From the NCBI GenBank assembly GCA_027021705.1, contig JALUTT010000048.1, positions 1 to 64,000 of the forward strand: a stretch of 64,000 nt of DNA. The letters are read 5' to 3'. Below, one piece after another: positions 11,303-20,260 of this stretch; within the stretch, counting starts at the first letter, position 1; each line of letters opens with the position of its first letter. A program made the position numbers and the translations under genes. The stretch comes from Anaerolineae bacterium (lineage in GTDB: Bacteria; Chloroflexota; Anaerolineae; S140-20). The notes below the pieces were generated by a model that saw nothing but the letters and a program-made list of their open reading frames with translations, ran no database searches and was not told the DNA's origin.

Positions 11303-11362
11303 CCATCGGAGCCGAAAGCGCCCTCCACCGGTGACCTGCGGGAGGGTGGGCTGAATAGATAC
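11303..11362 (+). repeat. partial copy (right half) of the dispersed ~110-bp CCCTCCCGCAGGT element
   Basis: ccatcggagccgaaagcgccctccaccggtgacctgcgggagggtgggctgaatagatac matches 33652-33711. Confidence 0.8.
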
Positions 11363-11403
11363 CTCAGGAGAAGGCACAGTATAGTGGTAAAGGAGAGGAG
11401 ACA

Positions 11404-13131
11404 ATGCGACACAAGCCATTCCATCACCTATTGATCGGTATAGGTCTCGCCCTGGCCCTGGTGGCCTTGGTGGTCGGGCTCCCCCTGGCCGCCCGCGCCC
11501 AGGGGCCGTCGCCCCAGAGCACAGCAGCCGCCTTGGGCACCGCCTTTACCTACCAAGGCCGGCTCACCGAGGGCAGCGGCCTGGCCAACGGCACCTACGA
11601 CTTCCAGTTCAAATTGTACGACGCTAGCACGGGCGGCTCCCAGGTGGGCAGCACCGTGACCAAGAGCGGCGTGAGCGTGAGCGAGGGTCTCTTCAGCGTG
11701 GAGTTGGACTTTGGGGATGTCTTTGACGGGACGGCCCTGTGGTTGGAGGTGGCGGTGAAGAAGCCGTCGGAGAGCAGCTACACGACGCTGGGCCGGCAGA
11801 AGCTGACGGCGGCCCCCTACGCGGCCTACGCCCGGAAGGCCCCCTGGAGCGGGCTGACGGGGGTGCCGGCCGGCCTGGACGACGGTGATGACGACACCAC
11901 TTACAGCCCGGGCACAGGGCTGACACTAAACGGAACGACCTTCAGCGTGGACACCGGCACCATTCAAGCCCGCGTCTCCGGTACCTGCCCGGCCGGGCAG
12001 AGCATCCGCCAAGTCAACCAGGACGGCACGGTGGTCTGCGAGGTAGACGATGGCACTACCTACACTGCCGGGGACGGCATTACCGTCACCACGGGTAACA
12101 CCATCGCCGTGCGCTTCGCCGGCAGCGGCAGCGCCACCACCGTTGCCCGCAGCGATCACAACCACGATGACAGCTATCAGAAGAAGTACGTCCGCACGAT
12201 CGTGGTCAGTCCCGTGGGGGACGGGTCCAACCCCACGGCCAACGGCACGGCCCTCCTGAACGCCCTGAGCAGCATCACGGCGACCACCAACATGACCTAC
12301 GCCTACCTGATCAAGATCGAGCCGGGCATCTATGACCTGGGGAGCTCCCCCCTCCAGATGAAGCCCTACGTGGACCTGGAGGGCTCCGGCCAAAACGTGA
12401 CCCTGATCAAAGGGGCAGGGCAAAACGCCACCACGACCGGGGTGATCGTGGGAGCCTATGCGGAGATCCGGAACCTGTCCGTGGAGAGCTACGGGGGTGC
12501 CACCTACGCCATCGCCATCTACAACCCCTACACCCTCACCCTGCGGAACGTCACCGTCGGTGCTTACAACGCCAACACGGAGAACGTCGGCATCCTGAAC
12601 ACCGGCGTGCTGGATGTCTACCACAGCTACGTGTACGCGGACGGAGCCACCTCTGATGGTTACACGGCGGCCGACGCTGTGGGCATCCGCACCACGGGCA
12701 ACTTCACCACCCTGCGGCTCTTCGACAGCCAGGTTGACGCCACCGTAGACACGGCCGGGAAGAACGGGCGAGGGATGGACGTGCAGTCCTCGTACGCGGA
12801 GGTATATGGCTCTCAAATTGATGCTTTGAGCTTGGGGGGCGGCACCACCACCTACGGGATCTACAGTAATGACTCCGCACTCCGCCTCCGCAACACCGTC
12901 GCAGGCTGGTCTGCCGACTACGGCGTTTGGTTCCAGGGCAGTGGACCCACCCTCAACGTTGATGCTTCCAAGCTCGAAGGCTCCGCGTACAGCCTGTACA
13001 ACGACGGTGGCATCGCCAGGATCGGGGCTTCCCAATTGAGCGGCCCCATCACCAACACGGTGAGCGGTGGGGGGAACTTGGTCTGCATTTACGTCTACAA
13101 CGCCAGCTACACGGCGGCAGCCTGTCCGTGA
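11404..13131 (+). CDS. secreted FTYQGRL-domain protein with C-terminal pectate-lyase/tailspike-like beta-helix
   Basis: Signal peptide; [20 protein letters not shown]...[14 protein letters not shown] beta-helix cap motif. Confidence 0.8.
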   Translation: MRHKPFHHLLIGIGLALALVALVVGLPLAARAQGPSPQSTAAALGTAFTYQGRLTEGSGLANGTYDFQFKLYDASTGGSQVGSTVTKSGVSVSEGLFSVELDFGDVFDGTALWLEVAVKKPSESSYTTLGRQKLTAAPYAAYARKAPWSGLTGVPAGLDDGDDDTTYSPGTGLTLNGTTFSVDTGTIQARVSGTCPAGQSIRQVNQDGTVVCEVDDGTTYTAGDGITVTTGNTIAVRFAGSGSATTVARSDHNHDDSYQKKYVRTIVVSPVGDGSNPTANGTALLNALSSITATTNMTYAYLIKIEPGIYDLGSSPLQMKPYVDLEGSGQNVTLIKGAGQNATTTGVIVGAYAEIRNLSVESYGGATYAIAIYNPYTLTLRNVTVGAYNANTENVGILNTGVLDVYHSYVYADGATSDGYTAADAVGIRTTGNFTTLRLFDSQVDATVDTAGKNGRGMDVQSSYAEVYGSQIDALSLGGGTTTYGIYSNDSALRLRNTVAGWSADYGVWFQGSGPTLNVDASKLEGSAYSLYNDGGIARIGASQLSGPITNTVSGGGNLVCIYVYNASYTAAACP

Positions 13132-13161
13132 TGGCAAAGAGAAAGCAGGAAGGAGGCACAG

Positions 13162-13452
13162 ATGGTTAGGAGTCGTGTGGGCATTCCGGTGATGCTGGTG
13201 CTGATCGCCCTGCTGGTGGTGGGGAGTGTCGCCTACGCCCAGGGCGGCAGCGGATATGACCTCTCCTGGTGGACGGTGGACGGCGGCGGCGGCTCGCTGA
13301 GCAACGGCAGTTACGCCCTCAGCGGCTCCGTCGGCCAGCCCGATGCCGGCACCGCCCTCACCGGAGGAAACTACACCCTGGTAGGTGGCTTCTGGGGAGC
13401 CGGTGCCGCCGGCTATCAGGTCTACCTACCTGTCGTCTTGAGGAACCGGTAG
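13162..13452 (+). CDS. small secreted protein (YDLSWWTVDGGGG...GQPDAG...GGFW) with C-terminal VYLPVVLRNR
   Basis: AGGAGG RBS; signal peptide AYA-Q; paralog at 23466. Confidence 0.85.
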   Translation: MVRSRVGIPVMLVLIALLVVGSVAYAQGGSGYDLSWWTVDGGGGSLSNGSYALSGSVGQPDAGTALTGGNYTLVGGFWGAGAAGYQVYLPVVLRNR

Positions 13453-13458
13453 AGGACA

Positions 13459-14956
13459 CGGATTGAACGGATGGGGGACAACCAATCCGTTCCATCCGCT
13501 CCCCGAATCCGTTGGCAGCCGTCCGTTGGGGAACGGAGAGCTGTCAGCGGATTGAAGAACGGATTGAGCGGATGGGGAACAGTCAATCCGTTCCATCCGC
13601 TCCCCGAATCCGTTGACAGCCATCCGCCGGAGAACGGAGAGCTGTCAGCGGATTGAAGAACGGATTGAGCGGATGGAGGACAACCAATCCGTTCCATCCG
13701 CTCCCCGAATCCGTTGACAGCCATCCGCCGGAGAACGGAGAGCTGTCAGCGGATTGAAGAACGGATTGAACGGATGGGGGACGATCAATCCGCTCAATCC
13801 GTTCCCTGAATCCGTTGACAGCAGTCCGTTGGGGAACAGAGAGCTGTCAGCGGATTGAAGAACGGATTGAACGGATGGGGGACGATCAATCCGCTCAATC
13901 CGTTCCCTGAATCCGCTGACAGCCATCCGTTGGGGAACAGAGAGCTGTCAGCGGGTTGAAGAACGGATTGAACGGATGGGGGACGATCAATCCGCTCAAT
14001 CCGTTCCCTGAATCCGTTGACAGCCATCCGCCCGAGAACGGATTGAACGGATGGGGGACAACCAATCCGTTCCATCCGCTCCCCGAATCCGTTGACAGCC
14101 ATCCGCCGGAGAACGGAGAGCTGTCAGCGGATTGAAGAACGGATTGAACGGATGGGGGACGATCAATCCGCTCAATCCGTTCCCTGAATCCGTTGACAGC
14201 AGTCCGTTGGGGAACAGAGAGCTGTCAGCGGATTGAAGAACGGATTGAGCGGATGGAGGACAACCAATCCGTTCCATCCGCTCCCCGAATCCGTTGACAG
14301 CCGTCCGTTGGGGAACAGAGAGCTGTCAGCGGATTGAAGAACGGATTGAGCGGATGGAGGACAACCAATCCGTTCCATCCGCTCCCCGAATCCGTTGACA
14401 GCAGTCCGTTGAGGAACGAATAGCTGTCAACGGATTGAAGAACGGATTGAACGGATGGGGGACGATCAATCCGCTCAATCCGTTCCCTGAATCCGTTGAC
14501 AGCAGTCCGTTGGGGAACAGAGAACTGTCAGCGGATTGAAGAACGGATTGAACGGATGGGGGACAACCAATCCGTTCCATCCGCTCCCCGAATCCGTTGA
14601 CAGCAGTCCGTTGAGGAACGAATAGCTGTCAACGGATTGAAGAACGGATTGAACGGATGGGGAACAGTCAATCCGCTCAATCCGCTCCCCAAATCCGTTG
14701 ACAGCCATCCGCCGGAGAACGGAGAGCTGTCAGCGGATTGAAGAACGGATTGAGCGGATGGGGAACAGTCAATCCGTTCCATCCGCTCCCCGAATCCGTT
14801 GACAGCCATCCGCCGGGGAACGGAGAACTGTCAGCGGATTGAAGAACGGATTGAACGGATGGGGAACAGTCAATCCGCTCAATCCGCTCCCCAAATCCGT
14901 TGACAGCCATCCGCCGGGGAACGGAGAGCTGTCAGCGGATTGAAAAACGGATTGAA
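13459..14956. repeat. tandem array of 15 units of a 101-bp double-hairpin repeat (one unit deleted to 75 bp)
   Basis: Units start at 13459, 13560, 13661, 13762, 13863, 13964, 14039, 14140, 14241, 14342, 14443, 14544, 14645, 14746, 14847, with a partial at 14948; motifs CGGATTGARCGGAT/ATCCGYTCMATCCG and AATCCGTTGACAGC/GCTGTCAGCGGATT. Confidence 0.97.
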
Positions 14957-15004
14957 GGGTGAATTACAGACCAAAGCCTATCAAGCGATGAGGAGGTGAA
15001 CACA

Positions 15005-17908
15005 ATGCGAACTGGAAAGGTGAAACATCTGCTGGTCGGTCTAAGCTTTGCTCTGGCTCTGGCTCTGCTGGCTCTGGTGGTCGGGCTCCCCCTGGCCGCC
15101 CGCGCCCAGGGGCCGTCGCCCCAGAGCACAGCAGCCGCCTTGGGCACCGCCTTCACCTACCAAGGCCGGCTCACCGAGGGCAGCGGCCTGGCCAACGGCA
15201 CCTACGACTTCCAGTTCAAATTGTACGACGCCAGCACGGGCGGCTCCCAGGTGGGCAGCACCGTGACCAAGAGCGGCGTGAATGTGAGCGAGGGTCTCTT
15301 CAGCGTGGAGTTGGACTTTGGGGACGTCTTCGACGGCACGGCCCTGTGGCTGGAGGTGGCGGTGAAGAAGCCGTCGGAGAGCAGCTACACGACGCTGGGC
15401 CGGCAGAAGCTGACGGCGGCCCCTTACGCGGCCTACGCCCGGAAGGCCCCCTGGAGCGGGCTGACGGGGGTGCCGGCCGGCTTCGCCGACAACACGGACA
15501 ACGACACGCTGGCCGGGCTCTCGTGCAGCAGCGGCCAGATCGCCAAGTGGAACGGCAGTGCTTGGGCCTGTGCCGCCGACGACACCGGTGGAGGTGGTGG
15601 CAACGCCTGGTTGCTGACCGGCAACGCTGGCACCAACCCGAACACCAACTTCCTAGGGACCACTGACAACGTGAGCCTGACCCTGGCCGTCAGCGGCACG
15701 GCCGCCCTGCGCCTGGAGCCCACGACGGGCACGCCCAACGTGATCGGCGGCTACGGCGGCAACCGCGTGACGAGCGGGGTGGAGGGTGCGACCATTGGTG
15801 GGGGCGGTGCCAGCGGAGCCGTCAATCAGGCATCCGCCGACTATGCCACCGTGGGCGGGGGCCTGGACAACACCGCCAGCGGCAACTACGCCACCGTGGG
15901 CGGGGGTGCGAGTAACACCGCCAGCGGCGACTTCGCCGCCGTGGGCGGGGGCTGGAGCAATACCGCCGGCGGCTCCTGGGCCACCGTGGGCGGGGGCGTT
16001 GGCAACACCACCAGCGGCTGGTACGCCACCGTGGGTGGGGGCCAAGGCAACACCGCCATCGGTGACTCGGCCACCGTGGGTGGAGGCAAGGACAACTGGA
16101 CCATTGGTAACTACGCCACCGTAGGCGGGGGCCAAGGCAACACCGCCGGCGACTACGGGGCCACGGTCGCCGGGGGCATCACCAACACGGCCACGGTGAC
16201 GGGCACCACCATCGGCGGCGGCTCCGACAACCTGATCACGGCCACCTACGGCACCATCGCCGGCGGCTACAACATCACCGTCACCGGCCAGTACGCCGCC
16301 GTAGGTGGAGGCAAGGATAACGCCGCCAGCGGCTGGTACGCCACCGTGGGCGGGGGCCAGAGCAACACCGCCAGCGGCCTCAGAGCCACCGTGGGCGGGG
16401 GCGACGGCAACACCGCCAGCGGCATCAGAGCCACCGTAGGCGGGGGCGGCAGCAACACTGCCAGCGGCACCGAAGCTACCGTGGGCGGGGGCGCCGGCAA
16501 CACCGCTAGCGGCGACGACGCCACCGTGGGCGGGGGCCTGGTCAACACCGCCAGCGGCTGGTACGCCACCGTGGGCGGCGGCAAGAGCAACACCGCCAGC
16601 GGCTGGTACGCCACCGTGGGCGGGGGCCAGAGCAACACCGCCAGCGGCGACGACGCCACCGTGGGCGGGGGCCAGAGCAACACCGCCAGCGGCGACGACG
16701 CCACCGTGGGCGGGGGCCAAGGCAACACCGCCGGCGACTACGGGGCCACGGTCGCCGGGGGCATCTCCAATATGGCTACGGTGACGGGCACCACCATCGG
16801 CGGCGGCTCCGACAACCTGATCACGGCTACCTACGGCACCATCGCCGGCGGCTACAACATCACCGCCACCGGCCAGTACGCCGCCGTAGGTGGAGGCAAG
16901 GATAACGCCGCCAGCGGCTGGTACGCCACCGTGGGCGGGGGCCAGAGCAACACCGCCAGCGGCCTCAGAGCCACCGTGGGCGGGGGCGACGGCAACACCG
17001 CCAGCGGCATCAGAGCCACCGTAGGCGGGGGCGGCAGCAACACTGCCAGCGGCACCGAAGCTACCGTGGGCGGGGGCGCCGGCAACACCGCCAGCGGCGA
17101 CGACGCCACCGTGGGCGGGGGCCTGGGCAACACAGCCAGCGGCTGGTACGCCACCGTGCCGGGCGGCCAAGGCAACGTCGCCGCCGGTAGCTACAGCTTC
17201 GCCGCCGGGCGGCGGGCCAAGGCCAACCACACTGGCGCCTTCGTCTGGGGTGACAGCACGGACGCCGACATCAACTCCCCGGCGGACGATACCTTCATCG
17301 TGCGGGCCAGTGGCGGGATCACGATGTATACCAGCGGCAATCTGAGCACAGGGGTGACGCTGCAAGCGGGCTCGGGAACCTGGTCAAGCCTGAGCGACCG
17401 CAACGCCAAGGAAAACTTCGAGCCGGTGGACCCGCAGGAGGTGCTGGAGAAGGTTGCCCAACTGCCCATCACCACCTGGAACTACAAAGCTCAGGATGAT
17501 GCCATCCGCCACATGGGGCCGGTGGCCCAGGACTTCTACGCCGCCTTCGGCCTGGGCAATTCGGACACCTCCATTGCCACCGTGGACGCCGACGGCGTGG
17601 CCCTGGCCGCCATCCAGGGGCTCTACCGGCGGGTACAGGCCCTAGAGGCGGAGAACCGGGCGCTGCGGGAGGAGAGCGCCGCCCAGCAGGAGCAGATTGA
17701 CGCCCTGCGGCGGGAGAACGGGGAGCTCCAAGCGCAGATCGAGGAGATCAAGGCGCAACTGGCCGAGCTGGGCGCTTCGTCGGGCTCGACGGGCGCCGTC
17801 CGCCCCACTCAGGGCGGCCTCCTGCCCGGCTTCGGCACCCTCCTGGTCGGCCTGGGCCTCGTCTGGGCCTGGCGACGGGGCAGCGGCTCCGGCCCATCCC
17901 AAGGGTAA
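15005..17908 (+). CDS. trimeric fibre adhesin-like protein: FTYQGRL domain, 15-aa ATVGGGxxNTASG repeats, peptidase S74 chaperone, coiled coil, C-terminal TM segment
   Basis: GAGGAGG RBS before ATG 15005; SDRNAKENF...HMGPVAQDFYAAFGLG S74 signature; tail LLPGFGTLLVGLGLVWAWRR. Confidence 0.88.
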   Translation: MRTGKVKHLLVGLSFALALALLALVVGLPLAARAQGPSPQSTAAALGTAFTYQGRLTEGSGLANGTYDFQFKLYDASTGGSQVGSTVTKSGVNVSEGLFSVELDFGDVFDGTALWLEVAVKKPSESSYTTLGRQKLTAAPYAAYARKAPWSGLTGVPAGFADNTDNDTLAGLSCSSGQIAKWNGSAWACAADDTGGGGGNAWLLTGNAGTNPNTNFLGTTDNVSLTLAVSGTAALRLEPTTGTPNVIGGYGGNRVTSGVEGATIGGGGASGAVNQASADYATVGGGLDNTASGNYATVGGGASNTASGDFAAVGGGWSNTAGGSWATVGGGVGNTTSGWYATVGGGQGNTAIGDSATVGGGKDNWTIGNYATVGGGQGNTAGDYGATVAGGITNTATVTGTTIGGGSDNLITATYGTIAGGYNITVTGQYAAVGGGKDNAASGWYATVGGGQSNTASGLRATVGGGDGNTASGIRATVGGGGSNTASGTEATVGGGAGNTASGDDATVGGGLVNTASGWYATVGGGKSNTASGWYATVGGGQSNTASGDDATVGGGQSNTASGDDATVGGGQGNTAGDYGATVAGGISNMATVTGTTIGGGSDNLITATYGTIAGGYNITATGQYAAVGGGKDNAASGWYATVGGGQSNTASGLRATVGGGDGNTASGIRATVGGGGSNTASGTEATVGGGAGNTASGDDATVGGGLGNTASGWYATVPGGQGNVAAGSYSFAAGRRAKANHTGAFVWGDSTDADINSPADDTFIVRASGGITMYTSGNLSTGVTLQAGSGTWSSLSDRNAKENFEPVDPQEVLEKVAQLPITTWNYKAQDDAIRHMGPVAQDFYAAFGLGNSDTSIATVDADGVALAAIQGLYRRVQALEAENRALREESAAQQEQIDALRRENGELQAQIEEIKAQLAELGASSGSTGAVRPTQGGLLPGFGTLLVGLGLVWAWRRGSGSGPSQG

Positions 17909-17922
17909 GCCAAGTCACGCAG

Positions 17923-17957
17923 TGGCCTCCCGCAGGGTTCAACCCTGCGGGAGGCCA
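17923..17957. terminator. near-perfect palindrome built on the CCTCCCGCAGG core
   Basis: tggcctcccgcaggg-ttcaa-ccctgcgggaggcca. Confidence 0.65.
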
Positions 17958-17971
17958 AAGGGAGACAGAGA

Positions 17972-20227
17972 ATGCACAGCAAACAGGGGGTCTTGCCATT
18001 GGCGTTCCTGTTGGCCCTGGGATGGGCCGTGCTGGTCCTAGGGCTGTTGCAAGGCTATGAAGCGACCGCCTCAACGACGGTGCGGTACGTGGCTCCCGGA
18101 GGGAGCTGCGGCGGGGCGTCGCCCTGCTACCCCACCCTCCAGGCCGCCGTGGACGCCGCCAGCGACGGCGACGAGGTCCGGGTGGCCGCCGGAACCTACA
18201 CCGGGGTCCAAACCCGTGTGATCCTCAAGCAGGGCACCGCCTACACCTACACCCAGGTGGTGATCATCACCAAGAGCCTCACCCTGCGCGGCGGGTTCAC
18301 GACCACCAATTGGACCACCCCCGATCCGACGGGCAATCCCACCGTCATTGACGCCGCCGGGCAGGGGCGTGGCGTTACCGTCGTGGGCGACGGCTCCCAG
18401 GCGGTCACGCTGGACGGCTTCCACATCGTCAACGGCGACTACACCAACTTGGGCAACCCCTCCGGCGTGGCTCTTTTGGTGTGCCCCACCACTGGCGGCG
18501 ATTGCGGCGGGGGGCTGCTGGCCCGAGACGTCCGCCTGCGGCTCCTGAACACCGTCCTGCAAAACAACACGGCCAGCCGCCTCCGGCAGTACAGCGAAGG
18601 CGGAGGGGCTCTGCTCTGGAACCTGAGCGACGGCAGCCTCATCAGCAACACCCACGTCTTCAGCAACAGCGCTCCGCTCTACGGCTACGGCGGCGGCATC
18701 GCCATCGAGTACGGAGGGGGCATCACCATCACCGCCAGCACCTTCGTTGACAACCACGCCGGCCGCAGTGGTGGCGGCCTCTACCTCTTCCAGCAAGACA
18801 AGACCGTACTCATGAGGCGGACTCGCTTCACGGGCAACCGGGCGGTGGGAGACGACACTGCCCAGGGAGGGGCCATCTGGGCCTCGTTGACGGCCCCCGG
18901 CACAGCCCTGGCCCTGGAGGAGGTGGAGATGCGGGGCAACGTCACCCAGGGCGAGGGCGGCGCTATGTTCTTCGACAAAGCGGGCTCCCAGGACTCGGTG
19001 ATCGCCTTCCGCAACGTGCTCGTGGCCGAGTCGCAGGTGTTGAAGCCGGGTTCCTACAGCGCCGCCATCTTCCTGGACGGAGGCGTTGGGACTGACCTCA
19101 CCCTCCGCGCCGTCCAGACCACGCTGGCGGCCAACCGGACGCCGGCGCTCCTGGTCCTACAGCAGTTTTACGACCAGGCGGCCTTGCAAGCCATCCTGAC
19201 CAACACGCTGGTCTATTCGGCCACCCACGCTTTCGTGGGCAAAGAGGACGCCGGGATGGTAGCCATCACCCACACCAACACGCTGGTGTATCAGGTGACC
19301 AACGTGACGACGACGATCTCCGGCTCCCCGTCCTTCTCGGCCTCGGGCCAGGTGAGCGGCGACCCCAAGCTCGATGAGCTCTACCGTCTGCGGGCCGGTT
19401 CGGCGGCCATTGACGCCGGGGTGAACACAGGCGTGCCCACCGACGTGGACGGCGAGGCCCGTCCCAACGGCTCCGGCTACGACATCGGCGCCGACGAGTA
19501 CAGGAGCTCGGCAGGGACCTTCCGCTTCGCCCAGGCTGGTTATCAGGTGGCCGAAAACGGGGCCTCGGTCACCATCGCCGTGGAGCGGGTGGGGGGCAAC
19601 AGCGGCCAGGTGAGCGTGCAGTACACCACCGAAGACGGCAGCGCCCGGGCCGGCAGCGATTACACCTCGGCCGGCGGCACGCTGACCTTTCAGGACGGGC
19701 AGGCCCTCAAGAGCTTCACCGTCAACATCCAGGATGATACCGCCTTCGAGGGCCACGAGGTCTTCTTCGTCAAGTTGCAGAACCCCGCCGGGGGCGCTGC
19801 GCTGGGGAACCCGGCCGGGGCCCAGGTGACCATCCTGGAGGACGAAGTCTCGACGGCCGGGCAACTCCGCTTCCAGAAGAGCTCGTACACCGTCAACGAG
19901 GCCACGGGGCAGGTCACCATCACCGTGGAGCGGATCAGCGGCAGCAGCGGCCAGGTGAGCGTGCAGTACGCCACCAGCGGCTACAGCGCCCAGCCCAACG
20001 ACGACTTCATCCCCGCCAACGGCACCCTGACCTTCGGCGACGGTGAGACCCAGAAGAGCTTCACCTTGACCGTGCTCAACGACACCCTGTGGGAAGGGGA
20101 TGAGCAGGTCATTGTGGCCCTGTCGGCCCCTACCGGTGGAGCCGTCCTGGGCTCCCCCTCTCAGACGGTGGTGCACATCCAGGACAGCCACAACATCTTC
20201 CTCCCGTTGACGCTGCGGAGCCGGTAG
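17972..20227 (+). CDS. secreted beta-helix protein with two Calx-beta repeats and C-terminal IFLPLTLRSR
   Basis: Signal peptide; YPTLQAAVDAA..GDEVRVAAGTY; GGG repeats; SAAIDAG...YDIGADE; two Calx-beta units. Confidence 0.85.
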   Translation: MHSKQGVLPLAFLLALGWAVLVLGLLQGYEATASTTVRYVAPGGSCGGASPCYPTLQAAVDAASDGDEVRVAAGTYTGVQTRVILKQGTAYTYTQVVIITKSLTLRGGFTTTNWTTPDPTGNPTVIDAAGQGRGVTVVGDGSQAVTLDGFHIVNGDYTNLGNPSGVALLVCPTTGGDCGGGLLARDVRLRLLNTVLQNNTASRLRQYSEGGGALLWNLSDGSLISNTHVFSNSAPLYGYGGGIAIEYGGGITITASTFVDNHAGRSGGGLYLFQQDKTVLMRRTRFTGNRAVGDDTAQGGAIWASLTAPGTALALEEVEMRGNVTQGEGGAMFFDKAGSQDSVIAFRNVLVAESQVLKPGSYSAAIFLDGGVGTDLTLRAVQTTLAANRTPALLVLQQFYDQAALQAILTNTLVYSATHAFVGKEDAGMVAITHTNTLVYQVTNVTTTISGSPSFSASGQVSGDPKLDELYRLRAGSAAIDAGVNTGVPTDVDGEARPNGSGYDIGADEYRSSAGTFRFAQAGYQVAENGASVTIAVERVGGNSGQVSVQYTTEDGSARAGSDYTSAGGTLTFQDGQALKSFTVNIQDDTAFEGHEVFFVKLQNPAGGAALGNPAGAQVTILEDEVSTAGQLRFQKSSYTVNEATGQVTITVERISGSSGQVSVQYATSGYSAQPNDDFIPANGTLTFGDGETQKSFTLTVLNDTLWEGDEQVIVALSAPTGGAVLGSPSQTVVHIQDSHNIFLPLTLRSR

Positions 20228-20260
20228 GAGAACATTCGGCCATGGTGTAGAGGTGCAACG

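Noticed and set aside
13422..14910. Short ORFs across the repeat array
   Set aside because: Period is not a multiple of 3, so frames shift every unit; by-products of the repeat
13459..14956. CRISPR array
   Set aside because: No unique spacers; the whole 101-bp unit repeats, and no cas genes are in the window
13459..14956. Tandem promoters from the TTGACA in most units
   Set aside because: No -10-like hexamer at 16-18 bp spacing
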